Below are positions 28,241 through 36,051 of a stretch of DNA of 64,000 bases, in pieces. Within the stretch, counting starts at the first letter, position 1; the number at the start of each line of letters is the position of its first letter. The notes beneath the pieces are model-generated. The model did not search any database. It had not been told where the DNA came from and saw nothing but the letters and a program-made list of their open reading frames with translations. A program made the position numbers and the translations under genes. The DNA is from Terracidiphilus sp. Lineage in GTDB: Bacteria; Acidobacteriota; Terriglobia; Terriglobales; Acidobacteriaceae. The DNA lies in NCBI GenBank assembly GCA_050010735.1, contig JBEKKL010000011.1, positions 13,894 to 77,893 on the forward strand. Direction: 5' to 3'.

Positions 28241-28527
28241 TTTGCCTTTCTTAAGCGGCGCGCCCAGCGAGCCGCGTGTTTGAGGTAGAGCGCCTTCCGC
28301 TCAGGTCGGGCGCATTTGAGGATGAACTCTATACCGGTCTCCCGTTTCTCCGCCGGGATTTCGCCGGAATGCCGTTTTGCCAAGCTCACGCTCCGGCACC
28401 TCCAAGGCAACATCCAGAATATAGAATTATTCCGCCTTGTGCGGAAAAAGCTGAAGGTCTTTTTGCTTCGCGTCAAAAGAAAGAGGGTTTCGGGACAGAT
28501 TCTCCGGCCGGCAGCGTCCCACACCTC

Positions 28528-28557
28528 GTGACAATCATGGAATCGCTGCGATATAAA
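28528..28557 (+). promoter_or_regulatory. candidate promoter for citrate synthase
   Basis: GTGACA (28528-28533), 18-nt spacer, TATAAA (28552-28557), followed by the palindromes ACATGT and TGTATACA. Confidence 0.3.
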
Positions 28558-28654
28558 CATGTATACAGCACATTCAGGCGCCGGGCTCTTCTCTTGAGGC
28601 CAGGACAGCCGCCCCGTCATCAAGAAAAAAACGCAAAGGGGAGATCCAAGGGCT

Positions 28655-29791
28655 ATGTCGACCGCTGTCGCTGGAAAGGGATTGGAAGGAATCGTCGCGG
28701 CCAACTCCGGGATCTGCTGGATCGACGGAGAAGCGGGCGTGTTGTCCTATCGCGGGATTGACATTCACGAGCTGGCCCTGCACTCGACCTTTGAAGAGAC
28801 CACCTATCTGTTGTGGAATGGAATCCTTCCGAACCAGCTCGCTCTGCGTGAGTTCACTACGCAGCTGCAGTTGGCCCGCGGCCTCGATTTCCGCATCGTC
28901 GACATGCTGCGGAGCATTCCCGCATCGGCTACTCCGATGGAAGTCCTGCGCACCGCCGTCTCGGCCCTGAGCTTCTACGACGCCGACGAGAAGGACAACT
29001 CCCACGACGCCAATGTGCGCAAGTGCTACCATCTGACCGCGCAGATGGCGATGATCGTGGCAATCTACGACCGCCTGCGCAAGGGCCTGGAGGTCGTGCC
29101 GCCTGACCGCTCGCTGAACCACGCCGCCAACTTCCTGTGGATGCTGAATGGCGTGAAACCCTCAGAAACCGCCGTCAAGACGATGGACATGGCCCTGGTG
29201 CTGCACGCCGAGCACGAACTCAACGCCTCGACTTTTGCAGCCCGCGTCATCGCCGCCACCCTGGCCGATGTGCATTCGGCGATTACAGGCGCGATCGGCG
29301 CGCTGAAGGGCCCGCTGCACGGCGGCGCCAATGAAGGCGTGATGCGCATGCTCTATGCCATCGACAAGGCCGGCACCGACCCGGTGGAGTATGTAAAGAG
29401 CATGCTTGCCGCCAGACAGAAGATCTCCGGCTTTGGCCACCGCGTTTACAAAACCGAGGATCCCCGCGCTACCCACCTGCGCAAGATGAGCGAACAACTG
29501 GGCAAGGATGCCGGCGTACCCAAATGGTACGAGATGTCACGGGCGATCGAGCTATATATCAACTCCGACAAAAAGCTGAACGCCAATGTGGACTTTTACT
29601 CCGCCTCGACTTACGCAACCCTGGGCATCGACATTGACCTTTACACACCGATCTTCGCCATCAGCCGCATCGCCGGCTGGGCTGCGCACGTGATCGAGCA
29701 GTTGGACGACAACCGGCTCATCCGTCCGCGCGCCGAGTACATCGGTCCCGTCTTTCCGGCGCCGTATATTCCGATGGAAGAGCGGGGGTAA
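28655..29791 (+). CDS. gltA: citrate synthase (small, type I / 2-methylcitrate synthase-like)
   Basis: GPLHGGANE, GFGHRVYKTEDPRA and HAEHELNAST are citrate synthase active-site blocks. Confidence 0.9.
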   Translation: MSTAVAGKGLEGIVAANSGICWIDGEAGVLSYRGIDIHELALHSTFEETTYLLWNGILPNQLALREFTTQLQLARGLDFRIVDMLRSIPASATPMEVLRTAVSALSFYDADEKDNSHDANVRKCYHLTAQMAMIVAIYDRLRKGLEVVPPDRSLNHAANFLWMLNGVKPSETAVKTMDMALVLHAEHELNASTFAARVIAATLADVHSAITGAIGALKGPLHGGANEGVMRMLYAIDKAGTDPVEYVKSMLAARQKISGFGHRVYKTEDPRATHLRKMSEQLGKDAGVPKWYEMSRAIELYINSDKKLNANVDFYSASTYATLGIDIDLYTPIFAISRIAGWAAHVIEQLDDNRLIRPRAEYIGPVFPAPYIPMEERG

Positions 29792-29836
29792 GGCGCGCGC
29801 CGCGCAGTCGGGCACGTCCTGACGCCATAATTCTTG

Positions 29837-30181
29837 TTAAAGGCTCGCGTAATCCTCGCGGAAGGGCGTGAAGATGTCCAGAACTTCTGAGTCTTCCAAC
29901 GCCGACGCCTGATGCTGGACATCTCCGGGAACGATGAAACTCTCGCCAGAGCCGACCTGGAACTTGCCTCCGGGATGCTCGAAGATGAGTTTGCCGCGCA
30001 CGACATAAACCATCTGCTCATGCGGATGGCTGTGGAGCGCTCCGGCCCAGCCCTTGGTCATTGTGTGCCGAACCAGCATCATGTTTTTGCTATAAGACAT
30101 TACCTGGCGGCGAAGGCCTGGCTCCGGTACGGTCATCTTCTCATCGTTGGAAGACAGGACTGCGATTGTATCTGTAGACAT
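29837..30181 (-). CDS. cupin domain protein
   Basis: GALHSHPHEQMVYVVRGKL...GDVQHQ is the two-motif cupin metal site. Confidence 0.8.
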   Translation of the reverse strand: MSTDTIAVLSSNDEKMTVPEPGLRRQVMSYSKNMMLVRHTMTKGWAGALHSHPHEQMVYVVRGKLIFEHPGGKFQVGSGESFIVPGDVQHQASALEDSEVLDIFTPFREDYASL

Positions 30182-30207
30182 CGGCCCTCCTGCAGGCAGA
30201 CTCAGAG

Positions 30208-33200
30208 TTAGAATTGCACTCGATTATTCATCAGTGTAATCTCCGGCAGCGTGCCGGTGATCTCGACGCTTACACTTCCGCCCTTCCAGTCTGCACCGCG
30301 AGGCAGTGTCAATGAGACGACTTCCGTCTTGGGAAGAAGATCAATCGGCGCCTTCAACGGGGCTGCGCTTGCGGTTGCAAGCACTTTGCCCGAACTGTCG
30401 CGCAACACAACCTTCGAGGCCGGTGCGTCAACTCCGCCCAGGCTATGAACGGTCACCTTCATCTCATTGCCCATGATGCTTATGTCGTCTGCGCTGATTC
30501 CAAGGTCGGGCCGCGACCAATAAGGAACGCCCTTTTCGACCAGGTTGAGCTCGAGCACCGTTGTGGTGCGCGGGGCAAATGTGAAATCGAGGCCGGTCGA
30601 GCGTTCGAAGCTCTCCGTTCTCTTGCTGACATTTTCGATTGGATCAGTTTCGGCATTGCCGCGCGTTCCCTGGGTGATGCTCCACTTACCGGGATCGATC
30701 TCCCACCCGATCATCTGCGTCTTCACTGGAACGGTTTCGAGGTTGTAGACGATGATCTTGAGATGATCCGGCGTAGCCTCTGGCACGAGGATTCCGAGGC
30801 TGCTTGGCTTGGCGGGCGCTGCGAACCTCCACCCAACGGCATTCCCCGGATAGATATGATTGCGAATCAGCGCAACTCCGCCAAAGCGCGCGCGCTGCAA
30901 CTCGGTATTGACGAACATTGGACCGGCTGAGTCGGTCACACGATCGATCCAGAGACTGCCCTCGGTATTGATCCATTCACGATTGGACTCCGCTTGCAGT
31001 TGCGCAGTGTAGAGCCGCTCAAGATACCTTGTGTCGCCTGTGACCTGCCATGCCAGGGTCTCGGCAGAGCCGGTCATGGATTGAGCCCTCGTTGCAGCGA
31101 CTCCGGTTGTGGCGTCGGCAGTTCCCGCCGCTGTGACCAACTGTTTGCCCCATGGTTCGCGCAAATTCAAAATGTCGAGCGCATCGGAGCTGACATGAGC
31201 GAGCGACGACGGACCTTCGTCCATGAATGGCAATACATATTTCTTGTCGCCGGTCCAGCGATAGGCCGCCCAGAACATGAAGTCGGGCGTAGAGTCGCCC
31301 CAGGGCAGATCTTCATCGGTCTTGAAGTTGATCTCGGTGCGCGTGACGAATCGGCCGTCGGCATCCTGCTTGCGGTGTGCCAGCATGCCATCGACAGTCT
31401 CCAGCACCATCTTGCGCGTCTCCGGCGCGCCATTGAAGAGCACCAGATCGAGCGCCGGATGGAAGACCATATACGAGCGGCCCTTGGTCCATCCCCACAC
31501 GCCGCCTTCGGCCATCTTTGCGCCGCTGAAGTAAGAGGAGCGGATGTGCCGATGGCCGGCGGCATTGACTCCGGTGAGCCACTCGAGCCTGCGCGCGGTG
31601 ACCATCGCGCGTTCCAAATCTTTTGGATTTCCGAAGTCGATCATCAGCGACTGGCCGAGGACATTCAGCCCGTCCTCGTAACTGTGCAGTTCGTCAAATT
31701 GCCCGGTCGCCAGTCCATTGGTCCACATCTTGTTCTCATACATCGCCTCGAGTTCCCTGGAGAGAGAGGTCTTCAGCTTCTCGGGCTCGGCGCCCATCAA
31801 GGCGAGCGAGGGAAAGAGATTGGTGAAGTCGCTGTCATCGCCCAGGCCGCCACCGAATTCACCATCCCAGGCCTGGCGCTTGTCGACGTAAAAATCTGCG
31901 ATGCGCTGGAAGTAGTCCACATCCTTTGCCTGAAGATAGGCCCATGCAGGCACACCTGCGGGCGCGGCCGGCGGAGTGAAATCGGGAGGCGCCGTCTCGG
32001 GGTTCCACTCATGCCAGTACTTGCGGCCGAGACAGTTCGATGGATCCACGCGCAGCAGGTCGGTGATGTCGGCATAGAAGCGGTTGTAGGTATTGAGCCG
32101 CTTGCTATTGACGTGCTCTTCGGTCATGTTGGAGAAGTTGTCGCGTACCTGTGTCAGGCGGTCGGCGATGTGCTCCTTGAGAGCATCCTTGTATGGCTTG
32201 AAGATCAGCCGCACCTCAGCGCCCTCCAAGGCAGTAGCTTTGAACTCTGCGCTGGCCGAGGCGATCGTGATGAGCAGGCTCTTATCGTTGGGCAGAATGC
32301 GGTCGCGGGTGTCGAGCCACAAAGTGTGAGTCTCGCCCGGCTTCACAGAAAACGTGAAGTTGAACATATCGCGCAACGGCCACAGCGGGTCTCTCACCTC
32401 GATATTCATCGGCACATAATCGCCATGCGTCGGCTTCACGCTGAGTGCAGGCAGGTCGATGGCGATGCCGTCAAGGCCCGCATACATGTCGTCCCAGGTG
32501 TAAGAAGGGATGTGAGTCGTATTCGCAGGCAACCCGCGCAGATCGTCCGGAATCAAGATGTGAACGATGGGCATGGCGGAGACGCCCTCTTTACCGAGTG
32601 AGTCTCTCGGCGATGAACCGGGACGCCGGCGGCTGCCTGCGAATCCGCCAGGCATGCCGACAACGAGGGATCGCTCGTCAGCCGGATAGCGGTCGTGAAT
32701 GAAACTGAGCAGCGGCTGCAGGCTCGGATTGTCGGCCGGTGAAGCGTGTGTTGTCAGTCTGTACTTGAGCTGAACAATGCCGTCGGGAGGATCTCCCGGA
32801 TGCACATAATAGGCCGAGAACTCGCCGATCGGAGTCTCCTGCTCCACATTGGTGAAGCGCAGCTTGCCGCCAGTCACCGGCTCGGGGATGTCGTGGAATG
32901 TCGTCTCTTGCCCGCTGGGCCTCTCGAAGAGCGTCTTCCCCGGCAGCATCTTTCCATCCAGCCCCGCGCGGCGAACGGCGTCCTCGGATACGTCAGGCGT
33001 CAGCAAAGTCATGTTGCCAAATGCGCCGCCGCTGAACTCCAGATGATTCCACGGCTCATCGGGCAGAATAAACGTGATCGTCTTGCCGGAGATCGCGTAG
33101 CAGTCCCAGTCTGGCAATTGAAAGTAATCGAAGCGGCCGGTCAAGCGCGAGCGATTGTAGACGCCGGGCCATGTGGTTTCGCGGATGCCGTCATTCGCTC

Positions 33201-34155
33201 GCCACCACCAGCGCCCGATATCGTATGCGTCATTGATCTGCACCTTGCGAATGGTTGTGTTGGCAGCGGGCAGAGGAGCGGGAAGGTCGCCGGGACGATT
33301 CCAGCCATAGTGGAACCACCACTCCTTCTGGGTCTCCGTATTCGAAATGCTGCGCGTGATAGGAGGGATGTCTTTGGGCGTTTCGCCCTTGGCGATTGAA
33401 GCGACATTGTCATCACTCAGCGCGCGGTCGTAAATCCGCACCTCGTCGATGTCCCCGCCGCGGTCATAGCTATACGTGCTCTCCACACCGGTCGGCCCGA
33501 TGATACGCGAGTGCGGACCAAACTGATCGAGACCGGCGTCAAACATGCCTGTTGCCGCCTTTTCGGCCACCATCTTGCCATCCACATAAAAGCGGATACC
33601 GGTAGTTTCATCCCAAGTGAGCGTCAGGTTTACCCATTGGTCCTGCTTGGGAAAGTTTGGCATGTCATAGGAGACGCGTGTCCGTCCCAAATTCATGTCG
33701 GTGACAAAGGCATCGAAGCCGTGACCGTTGTAGTCGATCCGTAGCCAGACCTGGTCCCAACTGGAGTGATCCGCATATCCGACGCGAAAGATCGGAAACG
33801 CGGTCTCATCCACCGGATCGCGGGAGCGCCAATAGAAGGAGAGCGTTCCGCGCTGCGAATAGATATTGCCGGGCGCCCAATAGGAGAGCAACTGGTTGTT
33901 GCCGCACTGCAGGTAAGAACCCTTGGCGCCGCCGGGAAGAATCTTGATGTCGGAGCTGTAATTGGGCGCCGTTCTGCCGTTGGCGGCATAGTCGGCATCG
34001 AAGCCGTGGTCGCCAGAGAGATAAAAAAGAAGCCCAGGTTCCGTGGATGAAGGAACCGAAGAACAACAGGTTGATTCAGGATTCTGTCCTTTGGCAACCA
34101 ACACCGTGCCCATCGCAAACATCAGCAACAACACCAAACGCGAGCTGCTCTTCAA
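30208..34155 (-). CDS. 1315-aa secreted protein: N-terminal LamG/concanavalin-like domain plus a large uncharacterised region (possible alpha/alpha-barrel carbohydrate-active enzyme)
   Basis: Signal peptide MKSSSRLVLLLMFAMGTVLVA. LamG-like block ending DEVRIYDRALSDDNV. The rest matched no family by eye. Confidence 0.6.
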   Translation of the reverse strand: MKSSSRLVLLLMFAMGTVLVAKGQNPESTCCSSVPSSTEPGLLFYLSGDHGFDADYAANGRTAPNYSSDIKILPGGAKGSYLQCGNNQLLSYWAPGNIYSQRGTLSFYWRSRDPVDETAFPIFRVGYADHSSWDQVWLRIDYNGHGFDAFVTDMNLGRTRVSYDMPNFPKQDQWVNLTLTWDETTGIRFYVDGKMVAEKAATGMFDAGLDQFGPHSRIIGPTGVESTYSYDRGGDIDEVRIYDRALSDDNVASIAKGETPKDIPPITRSISNTETQKEWWFHYGWNRPGDLPAPLPAANTTIRKVQINDAYDIGRWWWRANDGIRETTWPGVYNRSRLTGRFDYFQLPDWDCYAISGKTITFILPDEPWNHLEFSGGAFGNMTLLTPDVSEDAVRRAGLDGKMLPGKTLFERPSGQETTFHDIPEPVTGGKLRFTNVEQETPIGEFSAYYVHPGDPPDGIVQLKYRLTTHASPADNPSLQPLLSFIHDRYPADERSLVVGMPGGFAGSRRRPGSSPRDSLGKEGVSAMPIVHILIPDDLRGLPANTTHIPSYTWDDMYAGLDGIAIDLPALSVKPTHGDYVPMNIEVRDPLWPLRDMFNFTFSVKPGETHTLWLDTRDRILPNDKSLLITIASASAEFKATALEGAEVRLIFKPYKDALKEHIADRLTQVRDNFSNMTEEHVNSKRLNTYNRFYADITDLLRVDPSNCLGRKYWHEWNPETAPPDFTPPAAPAGVPAWAYLQAKDVDYFQRIADFYVDKRQAWDGEFGGGLGDDSDFTNLFPSLALMGAEPEKLKTSLSRELEAMYENKMWTNGLATGQFDELHSYEDGLNVLGQSLMIDFGNPKDLERAMVTARRLEWLTGVNAAGHRHIRSSYFSGAKMAEGGVWGWTKGRSYMVFHPALDLVLFNGAPETRKMVLETVDGMLAHRKQDADGRFVTRTEINFKTDEDLPWGDSTPDFMFWAAYRWTGDKKYVLPFMDEGPSSLAHVSSDALDILNLREPWGKQLVTAAGTADATTGVAATRAQSMTGSAETLAWQVTGDTRYLERLYTAQLQAESNREWINTEGSLWIDRVTDSAGPMFVNTELQRARFGGVALIRNHIYPGNAVGWRFAAPAKPSSLGILVPEATPDHLKIIVYNLETVPVKTQMIGWEIDPGKWSITQGTRGNAETDPIENVSKRTESFERSTGLDFTFAPRTTTVLELNLVEKGVPYWSRPDLGISADDISIMGNEMKVTVHSLGGVDAPASKVVLRDSSGKVLATASAAPLKAPIDLLPKTEVVSLTLPRGADWKGGSVSVEITGTLPEITLMNNRVQF

Positions 34156-34319
34156 CTGACTGCTCCCTTACTCGAACCGGATCCCATCGCTAGCGCTAGA
34201 ATACTCGCAAAGACGGCCAAAGTGATGGACGAAACAGCCACGAATATAGACGCAGGAATCCATCACCTTCGATTTCGGAAGGGTCTTGATGGTGCGTTGC
34301 CTTAATTCAGCTCTCAACT

Positions 34320-35543
34320 TTAGCTGGGTTTGGGTGGCGCAACCAGAATAGGCAAGAGTACTGAAGCGGCCATGATGCCTGCGATGGTGTGCAGACCGCT
34401 GACGTACGATCCGCTTGACTGGCGCAGGTGGGCAATGAGGAGCGGGCCGAATGCGCTGGCGCAACCCCAGGCTGTCAACATCAGGCCGTAGATGGGACCG
34501 ACGTTTTTGGCGCCAAAGTAGTCCGCTGCGAAGGCCGGCATGGTGCCAAAGCCGCCACCGTAGCACATCAGGATGACGAACGAGATAATGCCGAGCAGAG
34601 ACGCTGAGGAGATGCTGGGAAAGATCCAGAAGAGGGCGACTTGCACCAGAAACATCGCGACAAAGGTCCATCGCCGCGTGATGGCGTCGGATGTCCATGC
34701 CCAGAAGATTCGGCCCACAGCATTGCCGATGGCCACAATGCCTACCATGCTTCCGGCCGCAATCGCGCTCACCTTGGCGATCTCCTGAAACATCGGCGAC
34801 TCTTGCGAGATCAGCGAGATCCCAGCCGAAACGTTGAGAAACAACAGTGCCCATAGAGCCCACCATTGCCAGGTTTTCAGTGCGCCGCCGAGCGTGTAAT
34901 CTTTGGCCGAGCGCTGCGCCGTCAACGTTGCACTGGCGGTCCAAGCCTCCGGCTTCCAGCCATCCGGCGGATTCCGCATGAGTGAACCGGTTGCCATAAC
35001 TACCAAAAAGTACCCGGTACCGAGCCATGCGAATGTCTGCAGGACTCCAACGCTCTGAATGAGGCGAGTAGCCAGCGGAGCTGTTACCAAAGCGCCGGCG
35101 CCAAAGCCGCCCACTGCAACGCCCGTAATCAAGCCCCTGCGATCGGGAAACCATTTGACCAGAACGGCAACCGGAACGATATAGCCGAAACCGAGGCCGA
35201 TACCTCCGACAAGTCCATAACTCAAATAGAGCCACCAGAGTTTGTTGGCGGAAAAACTGGCCAGGAAGACACCGAGTCCATATAAGAAACCACCGGTGAG
35301 GGCAACAATACGCGGACCTCTTCTGTTAAGCCACAGACCACCGAAGAAGGCCGAGACGCCAAGAACAAAGATACAGATTGTGAAGGTCAGGGTAACTTGA
35401 GAGATGGACCAGTGGAACTGTTTGGAAAGTGGAACGCGGAATACGCTCCAAGCGTAGACCGCGCCGAGCGCCATCTGCATGAGGAAGCCCGCGGCTGCGA
35501 GTCCCCAGCGATTCGTGTTCGACATACGATTCCTCCGAGGCAA
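34320..35543 (-). CDS. MFS transporter, oxalate/formate antiporter (OFA) family
   Basis: N-terminal WGLAAAGFLMQMALGAVYAWSVF is typical of OFA. 12 TM-like segments. The start could instead be the ATG at 35525. Confidence 0.8.
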   Translation of the reverse strand: MPRRNRMSNTNRWGLAAAGFLMQMALGAVYAWSVFRVPLSKQFHWSISQVTLTFTICIFVLGVSAFFGGLWLNRRGPRIVALTGGFLYGLGVFLASFSANKLWWLYLSYGLVGGIGLGFGYIVPVAVLVKWFPDRRGLITGVAVGGFGAGALVTAPLATRLIQSVGVLQTFAWLGTGYFLVVMATGSLMRNPPDGWKPEAWTASATLTAQRSAKDYTLGGALKTWQWWALWALLFLNVSAGISLISQESPMFQEIAKVSAIAAGSMVGIVAIGNAVGRIFWAWTSDAITRRWTFVAMFLVQVALFWIFPSISSASLLGIISFVILMCYGGGFGTMPAFAADYFGAKNVGPIYGLMLTAWGCASAFGPLLIAHLRQSSGSYVSGLHTIAGIMAASVLLPILVAPPKPS

Positions 35544-35564
35544 TGATCTGGGATGAAACCGGTT

Positions 35565-36041
35565 TTAGCTGCAGCCGCCTCGCAACTTGAGCTGATTGCC
35601 GAGAGTCTCGAGGAATCGATTGATAAGCGCGATGCTTCTGCGCAGTTCTCTGCGGCGAAACTGGCCAAGTAGAGATAGAAGGCTGGGCGGCTCAATGACT
35701 GGCTTCTTAGTGCACCCGAGGGTCTCACCCACGGCCACAGCAACGCCTTGAAGTATCTCAGGATTGATGGAGCTGAGCATCTTGGCGAGAATGATCGCGT
35801 TGCGCATCGCGCGCACGGAGTCATCCGATCTAGCAGCATCGACGGCGGCTTCCACGAGTTTGTCGCTCGCGCCGAGCGCTCCCTGCAGGAGCTCAAAGAC
35901 GCCGCGATCGTGTAACTGCTGGAGTAACTCATAGGAGTCGAGCAAAGCTGCGGCGTGTTCGATGGGAGCTTCATCGAGCCGCTTGCGCAGCTCTTGCCGG
36001 GCATCGCGGGGCGGTCGTTCCAGGGATATTGGTTGGGCCAT
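35565..36041 (-). CDS. DUF1641 protein (ForE/YjgD-like partner of cytoplasmic formate dehydrogenase)
   Basis: LLQQLHDRGVFELLQGALGASDKLVEAAV... is the DUF1641-like pattern. Lies immediately downstream of the FDH catalytic subunit. Confidence 0.7.
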   Translation of the reverse strand: MAQPISLERPPRDARQELRKRLDEAPIEHAAALLDSYELLQQLHDRGVFELLQGALGASDKLVEAAVDAARSDDSVRAMRNAIILAKMLSSINPEILQGVAVAVGETLGCTKKPVIEPPSLLSLLGQFRRRELRRSIALINRFLETLGNQLKLRGGCS

Positions 36042-36051
36042 CGGAGCTCTC

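Noticed and set aside
28237-28761. ORFs 28237-28704 (-) and 28276-28761 (+) in the gltA upstream region.
   Set aside because: They overlap each other and the confidently called citrate synthase start, have odd composition and carry no motifs.
30994-32601. Long ORFs antisense to, or out of frame with, well-supported genes. Examples: 30994-32601 (+, 535 aa), 5803-6906 (-), 17748-18770 (+), 12392-13189 (-), 25153-25956 (-), 34168-35235 (-), 22079-22849 (+).
   Set aside because: They lie entirely inside genes with strong family signatures. Their translations are Arg/Gly/Ala/His-rich and low in complexity, and none has a recognisable motif. This is typical of open antisense frames in GC-rich DNA.
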